A DNA stretch of 64,000 bases. Origin: a virus (taxonomy: Duplodnaviria > Caudoviricetes). Every line of letters starts with the position of its first letter. The stretch's first letter is position 1. A program made the translations under genes and the position numbers. The notes below the pieces were generated by a model. The model was given only the letters and a program-made list of their open reading frames with translations, made no database searches and was not told the DNA's origin. Location of the stretch: positions 23,074 through 87,073 of the IMG/VR virus record IMGVR_UViG_3300020577_006545. One strand, 5' to 3'. This document shows, piece by piece, positions 19,359-29,233 of this stretch.

Positions 19359-19602
19359 TGAATTTAATACTACTCCATCAAGATTGCTTAGAAATTGTCT
19401 TGAGAATTTTAATAGTGGGTCGTATCTTATTTATAGATTTGGTAGAGAATTTTTGTCTTTAAGCGAAGATGAGAAAATAGAATTTATTATTTTATTAAAT
19501 CAAACAGAAGATATTAAAAACACATATTTATCAAGTCTAACAGCATTGATTATGGCAAGCGATATGGAGTTTTATGAGAAATACAAAGTTATCATTAACT
19601 GA
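19321..19602 (+). CDS. YEKYKLL-family protein
   Basis: LSEDEKIEFI ... MEFYEKYKVII. Confidence 0.6.
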   Translation: MRKKMKNNTTTIDEFNTTPSRLLRNCLENFNSGSYLIYRFGREFLSLSEDEKIEFIILLNQTEDIKNTYLSSLTALIMASDMEFYEKYKVIIN

Positions 19603-19921
19603 TATTAAAAGATACGGATTTAAGTATTTTCTACTTGAGTCGGATCATCCTGAGAATAAGGAAGGAAGTTTTGCGTGGAGTAAACTAAAATTTGTTTATG
19701 CAAACAAAGGGAAGGTGTATGTGGAAAATCAAATAGATTTATTAGATTTTGAAAAAATGCTTAAAGAAGCAACAGAAGAAGAATTGATAGAGTTCGTCAC
19801 TACTGCGAAACTTGTTTTTATTAATCTAAAAGCAAGAGAGATGTATGGGGAAAGAGGTGAGAAATATTTTGCCGCTGTGATACCAAAGTTCTATAAAAAA
19901 TATAAGTTACTATTTGCATGA
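19574..19921 (+). CDS. YEKYKLL-family protein
   Basis: TEEELIEFV ... PKFYKKYKLLFA. Confidence 0.65.
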   Translation: MRNTKLSLTDIKRYGFKYFLLESDHPENKEGSFAWSKLKFVYANKGKVYVENQIDLLDFEKMLKEATEEELIEFVTTAKLVFINLKAREMYGERGEKYFAAVIPKFYKKYKLLFA

Positions 19922-20526
19922 TAGGAAACAACATAAAACTCGTTATATTTGATCTTTACAATACTCTTGTCGTCCCAGGGCGACAGGCTAATAGCCCATA
20001 TGAAAGACTATTTAAAGCCGCTGAATTGCCAAGAGAAGAAGCCACTAAACTTAGAACAGTATTACTAACACAAAAATTTCTATTTGATGATTTTGTTAAA
20101 AAATTTTTACCACAAATTCCACAACAACAGGTCTTGATGATTAGAGACTATCTTGAAAAAGAATTAGCCAATACAAAACTTTTTCCAGAAGTAAATGAAG
20201 TGTTGGAGAAATTATATACTAAATATGATCTTTGTTTGATATCAAATGCGTCAGCAGATTTTAAAAGACCTTTCTTTAGGTTAGGACTTGATAAATATTT
20301 TGATAAGGTTATATTTTCGTGTGACGTTGGTTACACGAAGCCAAATCCAGAAATATATAAAATGGGAATGATGGGACATAGACCTGACGAAATACTAATG
20401 ATTGGCGACAGTATTAAATCTGATTATAATGGACCAAAAGCTGTAGGGTTTCATGCAAAAGTTATTGACAGAAAAGGAGTTAAAGATGTCAAAAATAAAA
20501 TCACTAATTTAACAGAACTTACTTGA
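19918..20526 (+). CDS. HAD-superfamily hydrolase
   Basis: IFDLYNTL, ISN, KP, MIGDSIKSD. Confidence 0.85.
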   Translation: MIGNNIKLVIFDLYNTLVVPGRQANSPYERLFKAAELPREEATKLRTVLLTQKFLFDDFVKKFLPQIPQQQVLMIRDYLEKELANTKLFPEVNEVLEKLYTKYDLCLISNASADFKRPFFRLGLDKYFDKVIFSCDVGYTKPNPEIYKMGMMGHRPDEILMIGDSIKSDYNGPKAVGFHAKVIDRKGVKDVKNKITNLTELT

Positions 20527-20558
20527 TTTTACATACCTTTGCCGATATAATTTAAACG

Positions 20559-21695
20559 GTGAAGGTAATTGGAATAAAGTACTATGGGGCTTTCTATGAC
20601 AATAGCGGATATGGCGAAGCCGCTAGATATAATGTCAAAGCAATTAATGAATTAGGCATTCCAATTAAAATAACAAATGTTTCATTTGCGCCACAACCTT
20701 CCTTATTTAAGGAGGACGTTCAATTGTTTGAAGAACTTTCAAACAGAAACATAGAATATAATCTTTGTATTTATCATTTTACTCCTGAGAATGTCCCGCG
20801 TTTTCTTGAAAAAGACAAAATTAATGTTATACATACTACATGGGAAACGAATAGGTTACACCCACATTGGGTTCCTATTTGTAATTCAGTAAACGCAATT
20901 CTTGTTCCTTCTTCTTGGAATATTGAAGTGTTTAAAAATTCCGGTGTTACTGTCCCTATACTAAAATTCCCACATATATTTAATGTGAACAAATTTGATG
21001 GAGTTGAACCATTAAAAGCATTTGAACGATTTGATAATACTTTAAAATTTTATTCTGTATTTCAATGGAGCGAAAGAAAAAATCCGTATGGACTGATTAG
21101 AACATATTTGTCAGAGTTTGATGAAAAAGACGACGTTGTTCTTTTCCTTAAAACTTATGTTGTAAATGGGACAAGAAAAGATGCTCTGTGGGTTATTGAC
21201 GAAATTAATAATATTAAAAGTTCTATAACAAAAGATGTTGGGCAGGGTTTTCCAAAGATGGTTGCGCTTACGGATATAATGGATGAAAAGATGTTAAACT
21301 CTCTTCATAAATCTATGGATGTTTATCTTGCTCCTGTAAGGGGAGAGGGGTTTGGTATGCCAATTCTTGATGCTGTATTAGCAGAAAGAAATATAATAGC
21401 TACGGGATATTCAGCACAGACTGATTTTCTAAATAGAGACATTCATTCTCTATTAAATTACCAGTTAACAACTGTTTGCGACATGAATTGGATACCGTGG
21501 TATTTAAGCGATCAGTACTGGGCTGAACCTAACCTTGCACAATTTGCTGAAAAAATGAGGTGGTATTATATGTCTTGGAAAGATGGAGGTTTACCATTTA
21601 AAGAAGAAATAAAAGAATATGCAAAATTCATTAAGAATGTTTATTCAAAAGAAAGTATTATTGAAACATTACTATTACAATTGGAGGAAATTTAG
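20559..21695 (+). CDS. GT-B glycosyltransferase (GT4-like), paralog of 17359
   Basis: TWETNRLH, FQWSERKNP, RGEGFGMPILDA; promoter TTGATT-17-TATAAT 7 nt before GTG. Confidence 0.85.
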   Translation: MKVIGIKYYGAFYDNSGYGEAARYNVKAINELGIPIKITNVSFAPQPSLFKEDVQLFEELSNRNIEYNLCIYHFTPENVPRFLEKDKINVIHTTWETNRLHPHWVPICNSVNAILVPSSWNIEVFKNSGVTVPILKFPHIFNVNKFDGVEPLKAFERFDNTLKFYSVFQWSERKNPYGLIRTYLSEFDEKDDVVLFLKTYVVNGTRKDALWVIDEINNIKSSITKDVGQGFPKMVALTDIMDEKMLNSLHKSMDVYLAPVRGEGFGMPILDAVLAERNIIATGYSAQTDFLNRDIHSLLNYQLTTVCDMNWIPWYLSDQYWAEPNLAQFAEKMRWYYMSWKDGGLPFKEEIKEYAKFIKNVYSKESIIETLLLQLEEI

Positions 21696-22567
21696 TGTTA
21701 CCACTAGTTAAAAAATTTGAATATAACAAGGATAGTCAGAATAAAGTTCTGATTATATCTGGTGCCCACGGAGATGAATTAACGCCGTTAAGAACAGTGT
21801 GGCTTTTAAATGATTATTTCGGAAAAGAAAAAGATGCTAGATTTGTTAATATACATCATATAACAACTGTAATGGGGGCTAACCATACAGGTTTGAAAAA
21901 TAATGAAAGAAAATTAGTACCAGATAGTCATAAAGGTGATATGAATAGAATGTTTGATGAGGAATATGATTATGATGCTCACGAAGAATTAAAGAAACTA
22001 ATTGACGATCACAATATTATAATTGATGTTCACTCATCACCAAGAGTGAATGAGTTTGTATTGGTTGATATAGACGGCTATACGGAATTTATTCTAAAAT
22101 GGTTAAAGAAAGCCAATGTGAATTATGGGTGCAGGTTCCCAGTTTCAAACGGCACAATCAAGAAATATGCTTTAAAGAATAATAAAGTTGGGTTGACTAT
22201 TGAACTAAATGCACTGGATAAAATTGATTATTCATCTGCAAGTAAAGGTGAAATGATGATATTCAATCTTCTTGATAATATTAAATTTGAAATGAAAGAA
22301 GATTTTAAAATACCTTATAACATTGGTTATGTTGATGAAGCAATAGAGATGGAAGATATTAAAGCTGGATGCGAAGGTATCTTAATGGAAAAATTTCAAG
22401 GTGGCGAAATGGTTAAAAGAGGTACATTGCTTGCAGAAGTCGTTGACTATGAGATGAAACCTATAAGAGAAATTTTTGCTAAATACGATGCATTTATTGT
22501 ATCTTTACCGTCGTATCATTATGTCACTCCTAGTTCAGTTACATATACTTTAATGAGGATTAAGTAA
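21695..22567 (+). CDS. succinylglutamate desuccinylase/aspartoacylase-like (M14) zinc hydrolase
   Basis: GAHGDE, DMNR, IDVHS, TIE. Confidence 0.8.
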   Translation: MLPLVKKFEYNKDSQNKVLIISGAHGDELTPLRTVWLLNDYFGKEKDARFVNIHHITTVMGANHTGLKNNERKLVPDSHKGDMNRMFDEEYDYDAHEELKKLIDDHNIIIDVHSSPRVNEFVLVDIDGYTEFILKWLKKANVNYGCRFPVSNGTIKKYALKNNKVGLTIELNALDKIDYSSASKGEMMIFNLLDNIKFEMKEDFKIPYNIGYVDEAIEMEDIKAGCEGILMEKFQGGEMVKRGTLLAEVVDYEMKPIREIFAKYDAFIVSLPSYHYVTPSSVTYTLMRIK

Positions 22568-23239
22568 ATGCTTGAAATTTGTATGACATTATATAACCGT
22601 GTTGGGTACACAATGAAAGGAATTAATTCTCTTCATAAAGTAATCAATAATGAGATTAAAGTCAATTTTATTGACGATTGTTCTACACCAATGAATACAG
22701 GTGCAATAAAAGAGATCATTAAAGAATGCGGTATGACGAACTATTCATATTACTTAAATGAAAGAAATCTTGGTATTGAAAGAAATATATTTTTCGTGCC
22801 TTATGTAACGAATAGTGAGTATCTGTTTTTAACTGATAACGATATTGTATACAGTTCAAAGTTTCTAGAACAATTAAAGAAAGGTGTTGGGTTTATAGGT
22901 TCAGGCAATAACTCAATAATAACTTTTTTTGATACACCATCGCATAAAATTATTGATGAATATGACGAAAATTATAATCTAAAACAAAGTGTTGGGGGTG
23001 CGTCTTTATTATTAAAAACAAATACTATGTTTAACGCTTTAAAATATACCTTAAAAAATGGTTATACTGACAGTGCAAAAACTTCATGGGATTGGGGGAT
23101 GGTAAATTATTGTAAAGAAAACAACATTAAAATACTTTCAACAAAAAATAGTTATGTTCAACATATAGGAATTGATGGAGTACACTCACGAAGCAATTTG
23201 CCTAATTCGTTTGATGAGGCAAAAAATTTTATAGAATAA
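22568..23239 (+). CDS. GT-A glycosyltransferase (GT2-like)
   Basis: YNR, IDDCS, TDND, SWD, QHIG. Confidence 0.75.
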   Translation: MLEICMTLYNRVGYTMKGINSLHKVINNEIKVNFIDDCSTPMNTGAIKEIIKECGMTNYSYYLNERNLGIERNIFFVPYVTNSEYLFLTDNDIVYSSKFLEQLKKGVGFIGSGNNSIITFFDTPSHKIIDEYDENYNLKQSVGGASLLLKTNTMFNALKYTLKNGYTDSAKTSWDWGMVNYCKENNIKILSTKNSYVQHIGIDGVHSRSNLPNSFDEAKNFIE

Positions 23240-23283
23240 ATAAAAAATGCAATGCATTTTGAAATGCAATATAAGATAACAAT

Positions 23284-23445
23284 ATGGAGACTAAATTTTC
23301 AAAAAAACAAAAAAAAGAAAGACAAGTATCTTTCAGGATACAAGAAGAATTATATGAATGGTTGGAGGCTATTTCTAAAAAAGAAAAGAAAACTAAAACT
23401 CAATATATAATTGATTTACTCGCAAAAGAATGGAGTAAGAAATGA
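23284..23445 (+). CDS. 53-aa ribbon-helix-helix DNA-binding protein (not in ORF track)
   Basis: METKFSKKQKKERQVSFRIQEELYEWLEAISKKEKKTKTQYIIDLLAKEWSKK; ATGA overlap with the HNH start. Confidence 0.75.
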   Translation: METKFSKKQKKERQVSFRIQEELYEWLEAISKKEKKTKTQYIIDLLAKEWSKK

Positions 23446-24116
23446 ATACTTGTAAATATTGTAATCTTATTGGTGAAGAGAGTTTGTTTAGAAGTAAAAA
23501 TATTTGTAAAGAATGTAATAATAAAAATGCTGTAATTTTAAGCAGGCGGTACAGAAAAGATAATAAAGAAATAATATCTAACCGTGCTAAAATATATTAT
23601 GAACTAAACAAAGAAAAGAAAAGACAAAGTAAAAAGAAATATTATGAAAATAATAAAGAAAGGTTAAAAGAAAAACAAAGGGTTTATAACAAAACACATA
23701 AGGAACAAATATCAAAAAGTAAAAAATTATATACCCCCAAAAGAAACGAACTAAATAAAATTAAATACAAAACAGATAATCTGTTTAGAATAAACAGATT
23801 AATTAAAAGAGGTTTTTTAAAAGGTATAAAAACATATTCTAAAACTGGTAAAACGAAAGCGTTAAAGGAATATGGAATTAACATAAGAGCAATAGTAGAG
23901 AAATTAGGAGAACCACCAAAAGATGGTAAAGAATGGCATATAGACCACGTATTGCCTGTGTCTGCTTTTGACTTAACGAAGCCAGAACATATAAAAGCTT
24001 GCTGGCATCCAGACAATTTAAGATGGTTAGAGGCAAGTGAGAATATTAAGAAGAGTAATAAATATGATAAAGAAGAATTTGAGAAGTATTTAAATGAACA
24101 TATAGAGGTGAAGTAA
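23442..24116 (+). mobile_element. HNH endonuclease
   Basis: CKYC/CKEC N-terminus; WHIDHVLPVSAF...WHPDNLRWLEASENIKKSN. Confidence 0.88.
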
Positions 24117-24896
24117 ATGGCTTGGAAAGCGGTATATAGTGTATACAATGAAGCAAAGTTTTTAGAAAAATCAATTATGAATATAATTGATGAGATGGAT
24201 AAAATCATTATAGTTGAGGGGTGTTGGTTAAATGGGGAGAAAATTACTGGCAGTTTAAGAAGCACCGATGGTACTATAGAGATTTTAGAAAGACTAAAAA
24301 AAACATACCCAAATAAATTTGAAATTTGTTATGAAAATAAATTAAATGAACAACGACAACGAGATAACTATTTAGAAAAACTTGAAGATGGTGATAATGT
24401 TCTATGGCTTGATGGAGATGAAATTCTTATTAAGAAAGAATTAAAAGAAGCAAAGACGTATGTTGAACATATGTTCAAGATAGGGCATCAAATGTTATTT
24501 GCACATTACATAAATGTGTTTGATGCAGGTGCAGTCAAAGACACTCATTTACGTGGCTTGTTTTTTAAATTTAGAAGCGATATAAGGTATCTTGATAATG
24601 AAAGGGCTAAAGGAAGTCCTGGTGAAGTTTATCTATTTGAAAATTATGGTAAAGGAAATCTCTATAACAAATCAATGCCAGTAATTGATTGGGATATAGT
24701 TAAGGTTTTTCATTTTAAATATTGTAAAGACCTTGATAAACTTGTTGAAAGAAGATTGATGTATGAGAGTGTTTGGAGGCAGTTACCAGATGAAAAATTA
24801 GAAGAAACAAGGATTTCATTAGAAGAGGAATATAAAACAAAATATAAATCAGGGTTAAAATTTGAAAATGTATATGAAGGAGAACTACCTATATGA
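24117..24896 (+). CDS. GT-A glycosyltransferase-like protein
   Basis: SVYNE, IIVEG, STDGT, LDGDE. Confidence 0.7.
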   Translation: MAWKAVYSVYNEAKFLEKSIMNIIDEMDKIIIVEGCWLNGEKITGSLRSTDGTIEILERLKKTYPNKFEICYENKLNEQRQRDNYLEKLEDGDNVLWLDGDEILIKKELKEAKTYVEHMFKIGHQMLFAHYINVFDAGAVKDTHLRGLFFKFRSDIRYLDNERAKGSPGEVYLFENYGKGNLYNKSMPVIDWDIVKVFHFKYCKDLDKLVERRLMYESVWRQLPDEKLEETRISLEEEYKTKYKSGLKFENVYEGELPI

Positions 24897-25219
24897 TGAT
24901 TACAAGTATAAATAGAGCAACTGTTGAAATGAGATTGAATCCAGATGAATACGAAGCTTTAATGCAATTGTTTAGGAACTCATACAATGGGGCTATTGGC
25001 GGTATGGATTACAATAGTATAAAGTTTGCAAATTTTGTGACTAATACATTAACTGCTGATATTATTGAAAGTAATAAATGTAATGAAGATTTTCTATTAT
25101 CACTTTTAAATGGTTCAACATCAGTAATTGTTGATGGCAATACTGTTGATTTTAAATATTATGCAAAATCTCGTCTACCTGAATTTTCAGAGAAATACAA
25201 GTTATTATTGAATGAATAA
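24893..25219 (+). CDS. YEKYKLL-family protein
   Basis: CNEDFLLSL ... PEFSEKYKLLLNE. Confidence 0.65.
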   Translation: MMITSINRATVEMRLNPDEYEALMQLFRNSYNGAIGGMDYNSIKFANFVTNTLTADIIESNKCNEDFLLSLLNGSTSVIVDGNTVDFKYYAKSRLPEFSEKYKLLLNE

Positions 25220-25502
25220 TTTTAGTTTTACAACTTCCATATCGTCATCAGTAATTGATGGTATGGATGAGGACAGATTGTTAGAAGAAGTTTTATTAGC
25301 GATTAAAAATGACAATTTAAATCATTTTGCAGTTACAGTTGCCACATTAGTTGAATACGATAGTAATAACGATATTTATGAAAGGCAATCTGTTTTAGAA
25401 CATCACGATGAAAGTTTTGACATATCTTATTATGCCTTATCAGAGTATCTACAAAAATTTAGAAAAGAATTTTATGAAAAGTATAAATTATTATTGGAGT
25501 GA
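25212..25502 (+). CDS. YEKYKLL-family protein
   Basis: MDEDRLLEEV ... KEFYEKYKLLLE. Confidence 0.65.
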   Translation: MNNFSFTTSISSSVIDGMDEDRLLEEVLLAIKNDNLNHFAVTVATLVEYDSNNDIYERQSVLEHHDESFDISYYALSEYLQKFRKEFYEKYKLLLE

Positions 25503-25768
25503 CTATGTGGTTTAATGAAACGAAAAAACCAAAAGATATTTTGTCAAGTGTAAAAATAAGAGAGATTACAGAGGATAACTTTCTTTTATGGATAATGACG
25601 ATCAATAATCATCCAGAATTAGATATTAGAAAATATCAAGTTCAAATTGAAGATGTTGACGAAGTAATTGAACAAAAATTTTCATTATTTCAATTGGTAC
25701 CATTAGCAGAATATTTAAAAGAAAGCCGTCCTGATTTTTATGAAAAGTATAGACTATTATTGGAGTGA
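25499..25768 (+). CDS. YEKYKLL-family protein
   Basis: ITEDNFLLWI ... RPDFYEKYRLLLE. Confidence 0.65.
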   Translation: MTMWFNETKKPKDILSSVKIREITEDNFLLWIMTINNHPELDIRKYQVQIEDVDEVIEQKFSLFQLVPLAEYLKESRPDFYEKYRLLLE

Positions 25769-26535
25769 GTATGTTAAAAAATGACGTAATAATTGTAATT
25801 CCAACCTGGAATGCTAAAAATTTAATATTGAAAGCGGTTAATTCCGTTATTGCACAAGAAAGAAAGAACTTTAGTCTTGGTATTATTATTAGAGATGATT
25901 TAAGTGACGACGGGACGTATCAGGAATTAACAAATTTTTTCAAAATGGGTGCAATAAACGAAGAATACTTTAAAATAGATGACGTTGATTTTGTTTTCAA
26001 AAGAAATGCAGAAAAACTGTATGCTCCTGGTAACATTTATGAAAGTGTTTTAGACTATGTTGATAATGATGAGGCAATAATAGGAACATTAGATGGTGAT
26101 GATAGTCTTATTGGGACAACTGTTCTTAAAGAAATTTACGATATATATCAAAAACATAATCCATTAGTTGTTTATACACAATACAAAAACAATTCAGGTG
26201 GAATAGGACATTGTGCAAGAATAGAAGACACTGCAAATTATAGAAGCAGAGGACAATGGTGCAGTTCTCATTTTAGAACAGCAAAAGCGCACCTGTATAA
26301 GAAGATAATAAAAGAGGACTTGATGTATAACGGTGACTATTTTAAACAGGGTGGAGATTTGGCATTAGTATATCCACTGGTTGAGATGGCTGGCAATGAT
26401 AGAACAATATTCTACGATAAAGTTTGTTATTTATATAACAATAACCTACCAACAAATGACCATAATATGAATTTAAACGGTCAGAGACAAATGGCTAAAA
26501 TTATACAATCAAAAGAACCTTACGCCCAATTATGA
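25765..26535 (+). CDS. GT2-family glycosyltransferase
   Basis: VIPTWN, RDDLSDDGT, LDGDD. Confidence 0.85.
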   Translation: MSMLKNDVIIVIPTWNAKNLILKAVNSVIAQERKNFSLGIIIRDDLSDDGTYQELTNFFKMGAINEEYFKIDDVDFVFKRNAEKLYAPGNIYESVLDYVDNDEAIIGTLDGDDSLIGTTVLKEIYDIYQKHNPLVVYTQYKNNSGGIGHCARIEDTANYRSRGQWCSSHFRTAKAHLYKKIIKEDLMYNGDYFKQGGDLALVYPLVEMAGNDRTIFYDKVCYLYNNNLPTNDHNMNLNGQRQMAKIIQSKEPYAQL

Positions 26536-26843
26536 TAGAGACAGGACGAAAATATATATCAATATCTAAAAATTTAATGGTGTTACGTTTTGAGGTAACT
26601 CTGTATGATCCAGAAAACCTTGAACCAAAAGAAGTTAAAAGACTTCAAGTTTCGGACACACAATTGAACGAATGTAGTGAAGATGATTTTATAGCATTAG
26701 TGTCTTATTTTAATCAGAACCCAGGGTTCATTTATGAAATACATGAAATGTCTAGTCCATCAAGAAAAACTTTTTTTGCAGATTGGGTGAAAAAATATAA
26801 AATCAGTTGGTATGAAAAGTACCGATTGTTAATACCGGAGTAA
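26532..26843 (+). CDS. YEKYKLL-family protein
   Basis: CSEDDFIALV ... SWYEKYRLLIPE. Confidence 0.65.
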   Translation: MIETGRKYISISKNLMVLRFEVTLYDPENLEPKEVKRLQVSDTQLNECSEDDFIALVSYFNQNPGFIYEIHEMSSPSRKTFFADWVKKYKISWYEKYRLLIPE

Positions 26844-26847
26844 TACT

Positions 26848-27453
26848 ATGTCACAATTTGAATTAAAAAAATGGCAAATGATAGATGGGGACAACACTCT
26901 GTCATACAATTTTATTGATCTAAAAGATACTTCCGTTGTAGTTGACACAAGTGGAGTATCTGGAAATTGGGGATATAATATGCATAAGAAATATGGTTGT
27001 ACAGTTTATATATTTGAACCAGCTAGACGATATTTTAATGTAATTAAAAAGAAGTTTTTAGAAAATGATAAAATCATTCCTGTTAAGGCAATGTTGTCTA
27101 ATAGGAGTGAAAAAGGGATAATGTATTTAAAAGAAGAAGCGTCATCATCACATCTGGCAGTAAGTAATGTGCAAGAGGAAATAGATTTTCTTGACATATC
27201 AGAGTTTAGACGAAAGGAACAAATTGGTATTATTGATGTGTTAAGACTTAATGTAAATGGTGAGGAATATAATATTTTTGAAAGAATGTTTGAAAAAATG
27301 ATACATCATAAAGTAAAATACATTATGGTTCAGTTCGCACCTTATGTTGAAGGTGCGATTGAAAAGAGAGATAGTATCAGAAAAAGATTAGCGAAAACTC
27401 ACAAAGAAATTTACAATTATGAATTTATTTGGGAGTTGTGGCGGTTAAAATAG
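26848..27453 (+). CDS. FkbM-like methyltransferase (degenerate motifs)
   Basis: VVDTSGVSG, IFEP, IDVLRLNVNGEEY, VQF. Confidence 0.6.
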   Translation: MSQFELKKWQMIDGDNTLSYNFIDLKDTSVVVDTSGVSGNWGYNMHKKYGCTVYIFEPARRYFNVIKKKFLENDKIIPVKAMLSNRSEKGIMYLKEEASSSHLAVSNVQEEIDFLDISEFRRKEQIGIIDVLRLNVNGEEYNIFERMFEKMIHHKVKYIMVQFAPYVEGAIEKRDSIRKRLAKTHKEIYNYEFIWELWRLK

Positions 27454-28217
27454 TTTAGGTACATATAGTCTTCTGGAACAAGTAATTTATTCGCTCTTTC
27501 AAAATTATCATTTATAGCATTTATTTTTGATGCGTATAGTTCTGGTGTCAGCATATCTAAACTGAAATTATCATCTAGCATTATTATTCCATCCATATTA
27601 AAATACTTTCCAATGTCTGGAGTGCCAAAATAAATTGGGATAGTTCCTGTGGCAAAACAATCTGTGATTTTTTCTGTTATATTATAGTCGTAAACAGAAT
27701 TCTCCATAGCAAAAGAAAACATATAGTCCACCAATCCATCTTCTTTCCTATTTATTGGGTTTGATCCATGACCATACATATCCACTAGAGAAGAAAATTT
27801 CTTTATCCATTTTTGTCTTTCATATCCTTTATTAGACGCAATCATAGAAACTAATTTTGTTTTAGGATATACTTTTCTTTCAACCACCCAAGGTACTGCG
27901 TTTATAATAAATTTCATTTTGTCACCTAATTGTAACAATCGTTTATCGTGTGTGAAGATTGCTTCATAGTGTGGTGAAATTCTATCATAGTATTTTGTAA
28001 ATTCTGCTATTACTTGAGGGATAACAATGTCAGCTTCAAGTATCCAACCGTATTTTATTTTTGGCAAATTAAAATTAAAAATTCCGTGGTCAATATGAAC
28101 AGAAACTTCTGCACTTAAATCTTTTACCCATTCTACATATTGTGGATTTACATACTTAGCAGAACCAAGTTGATGCTGAAACCCGCCAGCAATCATATTC
28201 AATTTCATTTTATTCAC
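27417..28217 (-). CDS. GT10 (alpha-1,3-fucosyltransferase-like) glycosyltransferase
   Basis: YMFSFAMENS...ITEKITDCFATGTIPIYFG. Confidence 0.8.
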   Translation of the reverse strand: MNKMKLNMIAGGFQHQLGSAKYVNPQYVEWVKDLSAEVSVHIDHGIFNFNLPKIKYGWILEADIVIPQVIAEFTKYYDRISPHYEAIFTHDKRLLQLGDKMKFIINAVPWVVERKVYPKTKLVSMIASNKGYERQKWIKKFSSLVDMYGHGSNPINRKEDGLVDYMFSFAMENSVYDYNITEKITDCFATGTIPIYFGTPDIGKYFNMDGIIMLDDNFSLDMLTPELYASKINAINDNFERANKLLVPEDYMYLNYFNRHNSQINS

Positions 28218-28223
28218 GAAATA

Positions 28224-28264
28224 ATTCTATGTCATTTGACAGAAAAAATCAAGTAAAGTACAAT
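28224..28264. promoter_or_regulatory. overlapping divergent sigma70-type promoters
   Basis: + strand TTGACA(28236)-17-TACAAT; - strand TTGATT(28252)-17-TAGAAT, 6 nt before GTG 28217. Confidence 0.7.
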
Positions 28265-28275
28265 TAAAAGACCTG

Positions 28276-29031
28276 ATGAACAAAAAGAATATAATTGCCA
28301 ATATAGTAACACAAGCATACTTAAAGAAAGAAGGTCACATACCAAGTTCATTATCAATTTTAGATATTCTATTTATCCTATACGATGAAATCCTTGATAT
28401 ACAAAGCATTAAAGATGAAGCAGACGACAGGGACAGATTTGTCCTTAGTAAAGGACACGCATCACTTGGGTTGTATGCAGTTCTTAATGAATTTGGCCTT
28501 TTGAACGAGCCACTTGAAAATTTTGCCGACCCAACATCACTGCTTGGGGGACATCCGACAGATAAATTAAAATATGTTGAAGCATCAACAGGCTCTCTTG
28601 GACACGGATTACCTATGGCTGTTGGCATGGCATTAGGATATAAAATTCGTGGCTTTAAAAGTAAGGTCTATTGTTTGATAGGTGATGGCGAAGCAAATGA
28701 AGGGACTGTTTGGGAAAGTGCATTACTTGCGGCTCATCATAGATTAGATAATCTATATTGCATTATGGATCATAATCGCTCAGGTGACAGAGCTTTAATA
28801 ATAGATGACGTTGTTGAAAAGTTTAAAGCCTTTAACTGGCTTTCTGTTCCAATTGATGGGCACGACGATGTTCAAATAAGAACTGCTTTGAAAATCAAAA
28901 CACAATCACCACATTTTATTTGTGCTCATACAATCAAAGGGAAAGGAATTCCAATGATGGAAAACAATCCAGAATGGCACCACAAGATGCCTTCTAAAGA
29001 AGAGTTAGATTTTATTTTAAAAAATTTATAA
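28276..29031 (+). CDS. transketolase-like protein, N-terminal (TPP-binding) half
   Basis: FVLSKGHAS, STGSLGHGLP, GDGEANEG, TIKGKG, WHH. Confidence 0.92.
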   Translation: MNKKNIIANIVTQAYLKKEGHIPSSLSILDILFILYDEILDIQSIKDEADDRDRFVLSKGHASLGLYAVLNEFGLLNEPLENFADPTSLLGGHPTDKLKYVEASTGSLGHGLPMAVGMALGYKIRGFKSKVYCLIGDGEANEGTVWESALLAAHHRLDNLYCIMDHNRSGDRALIIDDVVEKFKAFNWLSVPIDGHDDVQIRTALKIKTQSPHFICAHTIKGKGIPMMENNPEWHHKMPSKEELDFILKNL

Positions 29032-29074
29032 AAATTAATCAAAAATTACAATGCCAATATAAGTTAATGATGGA

Positions 29075-29233
29075 ATGAGTAAAACAGATAAAACTGAAAT
29101 GATTAGAATAAATGTAGATATAGAAAAAAACAAACATAAGAGATTGAAATTGATATTGGTACAAAATGATAAATCAATTAAAGATTTTCTGCATGAAGCA
29201 GTAGAAAAATATTTATTAGAAAATGATGGCTGA
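29075..29233 (+). CDS. 52-aa ribbon-helix-helix (ParG/omega-like) protein (not in ORF track)
   Basis: MSKTDKTEMIRINVDIEKNKHKRLKLILVQNDKSIKDFLHEAVEKYLLENDG; overlaps the HNH start. Confidence 0.72.
   Translation: MSKTDKTEMIRINVDIEKNKHKRLKLILVQNDKSIKDFLHEAVEKYLLENDG

Noticed and set aside
23684-24265. 193-aa minus-strand ORF
   Set aside because: Shadow of the HNH and GT genes; low-complexity F/L/S composition expected from the antisense of K/E-rich coding sequence.
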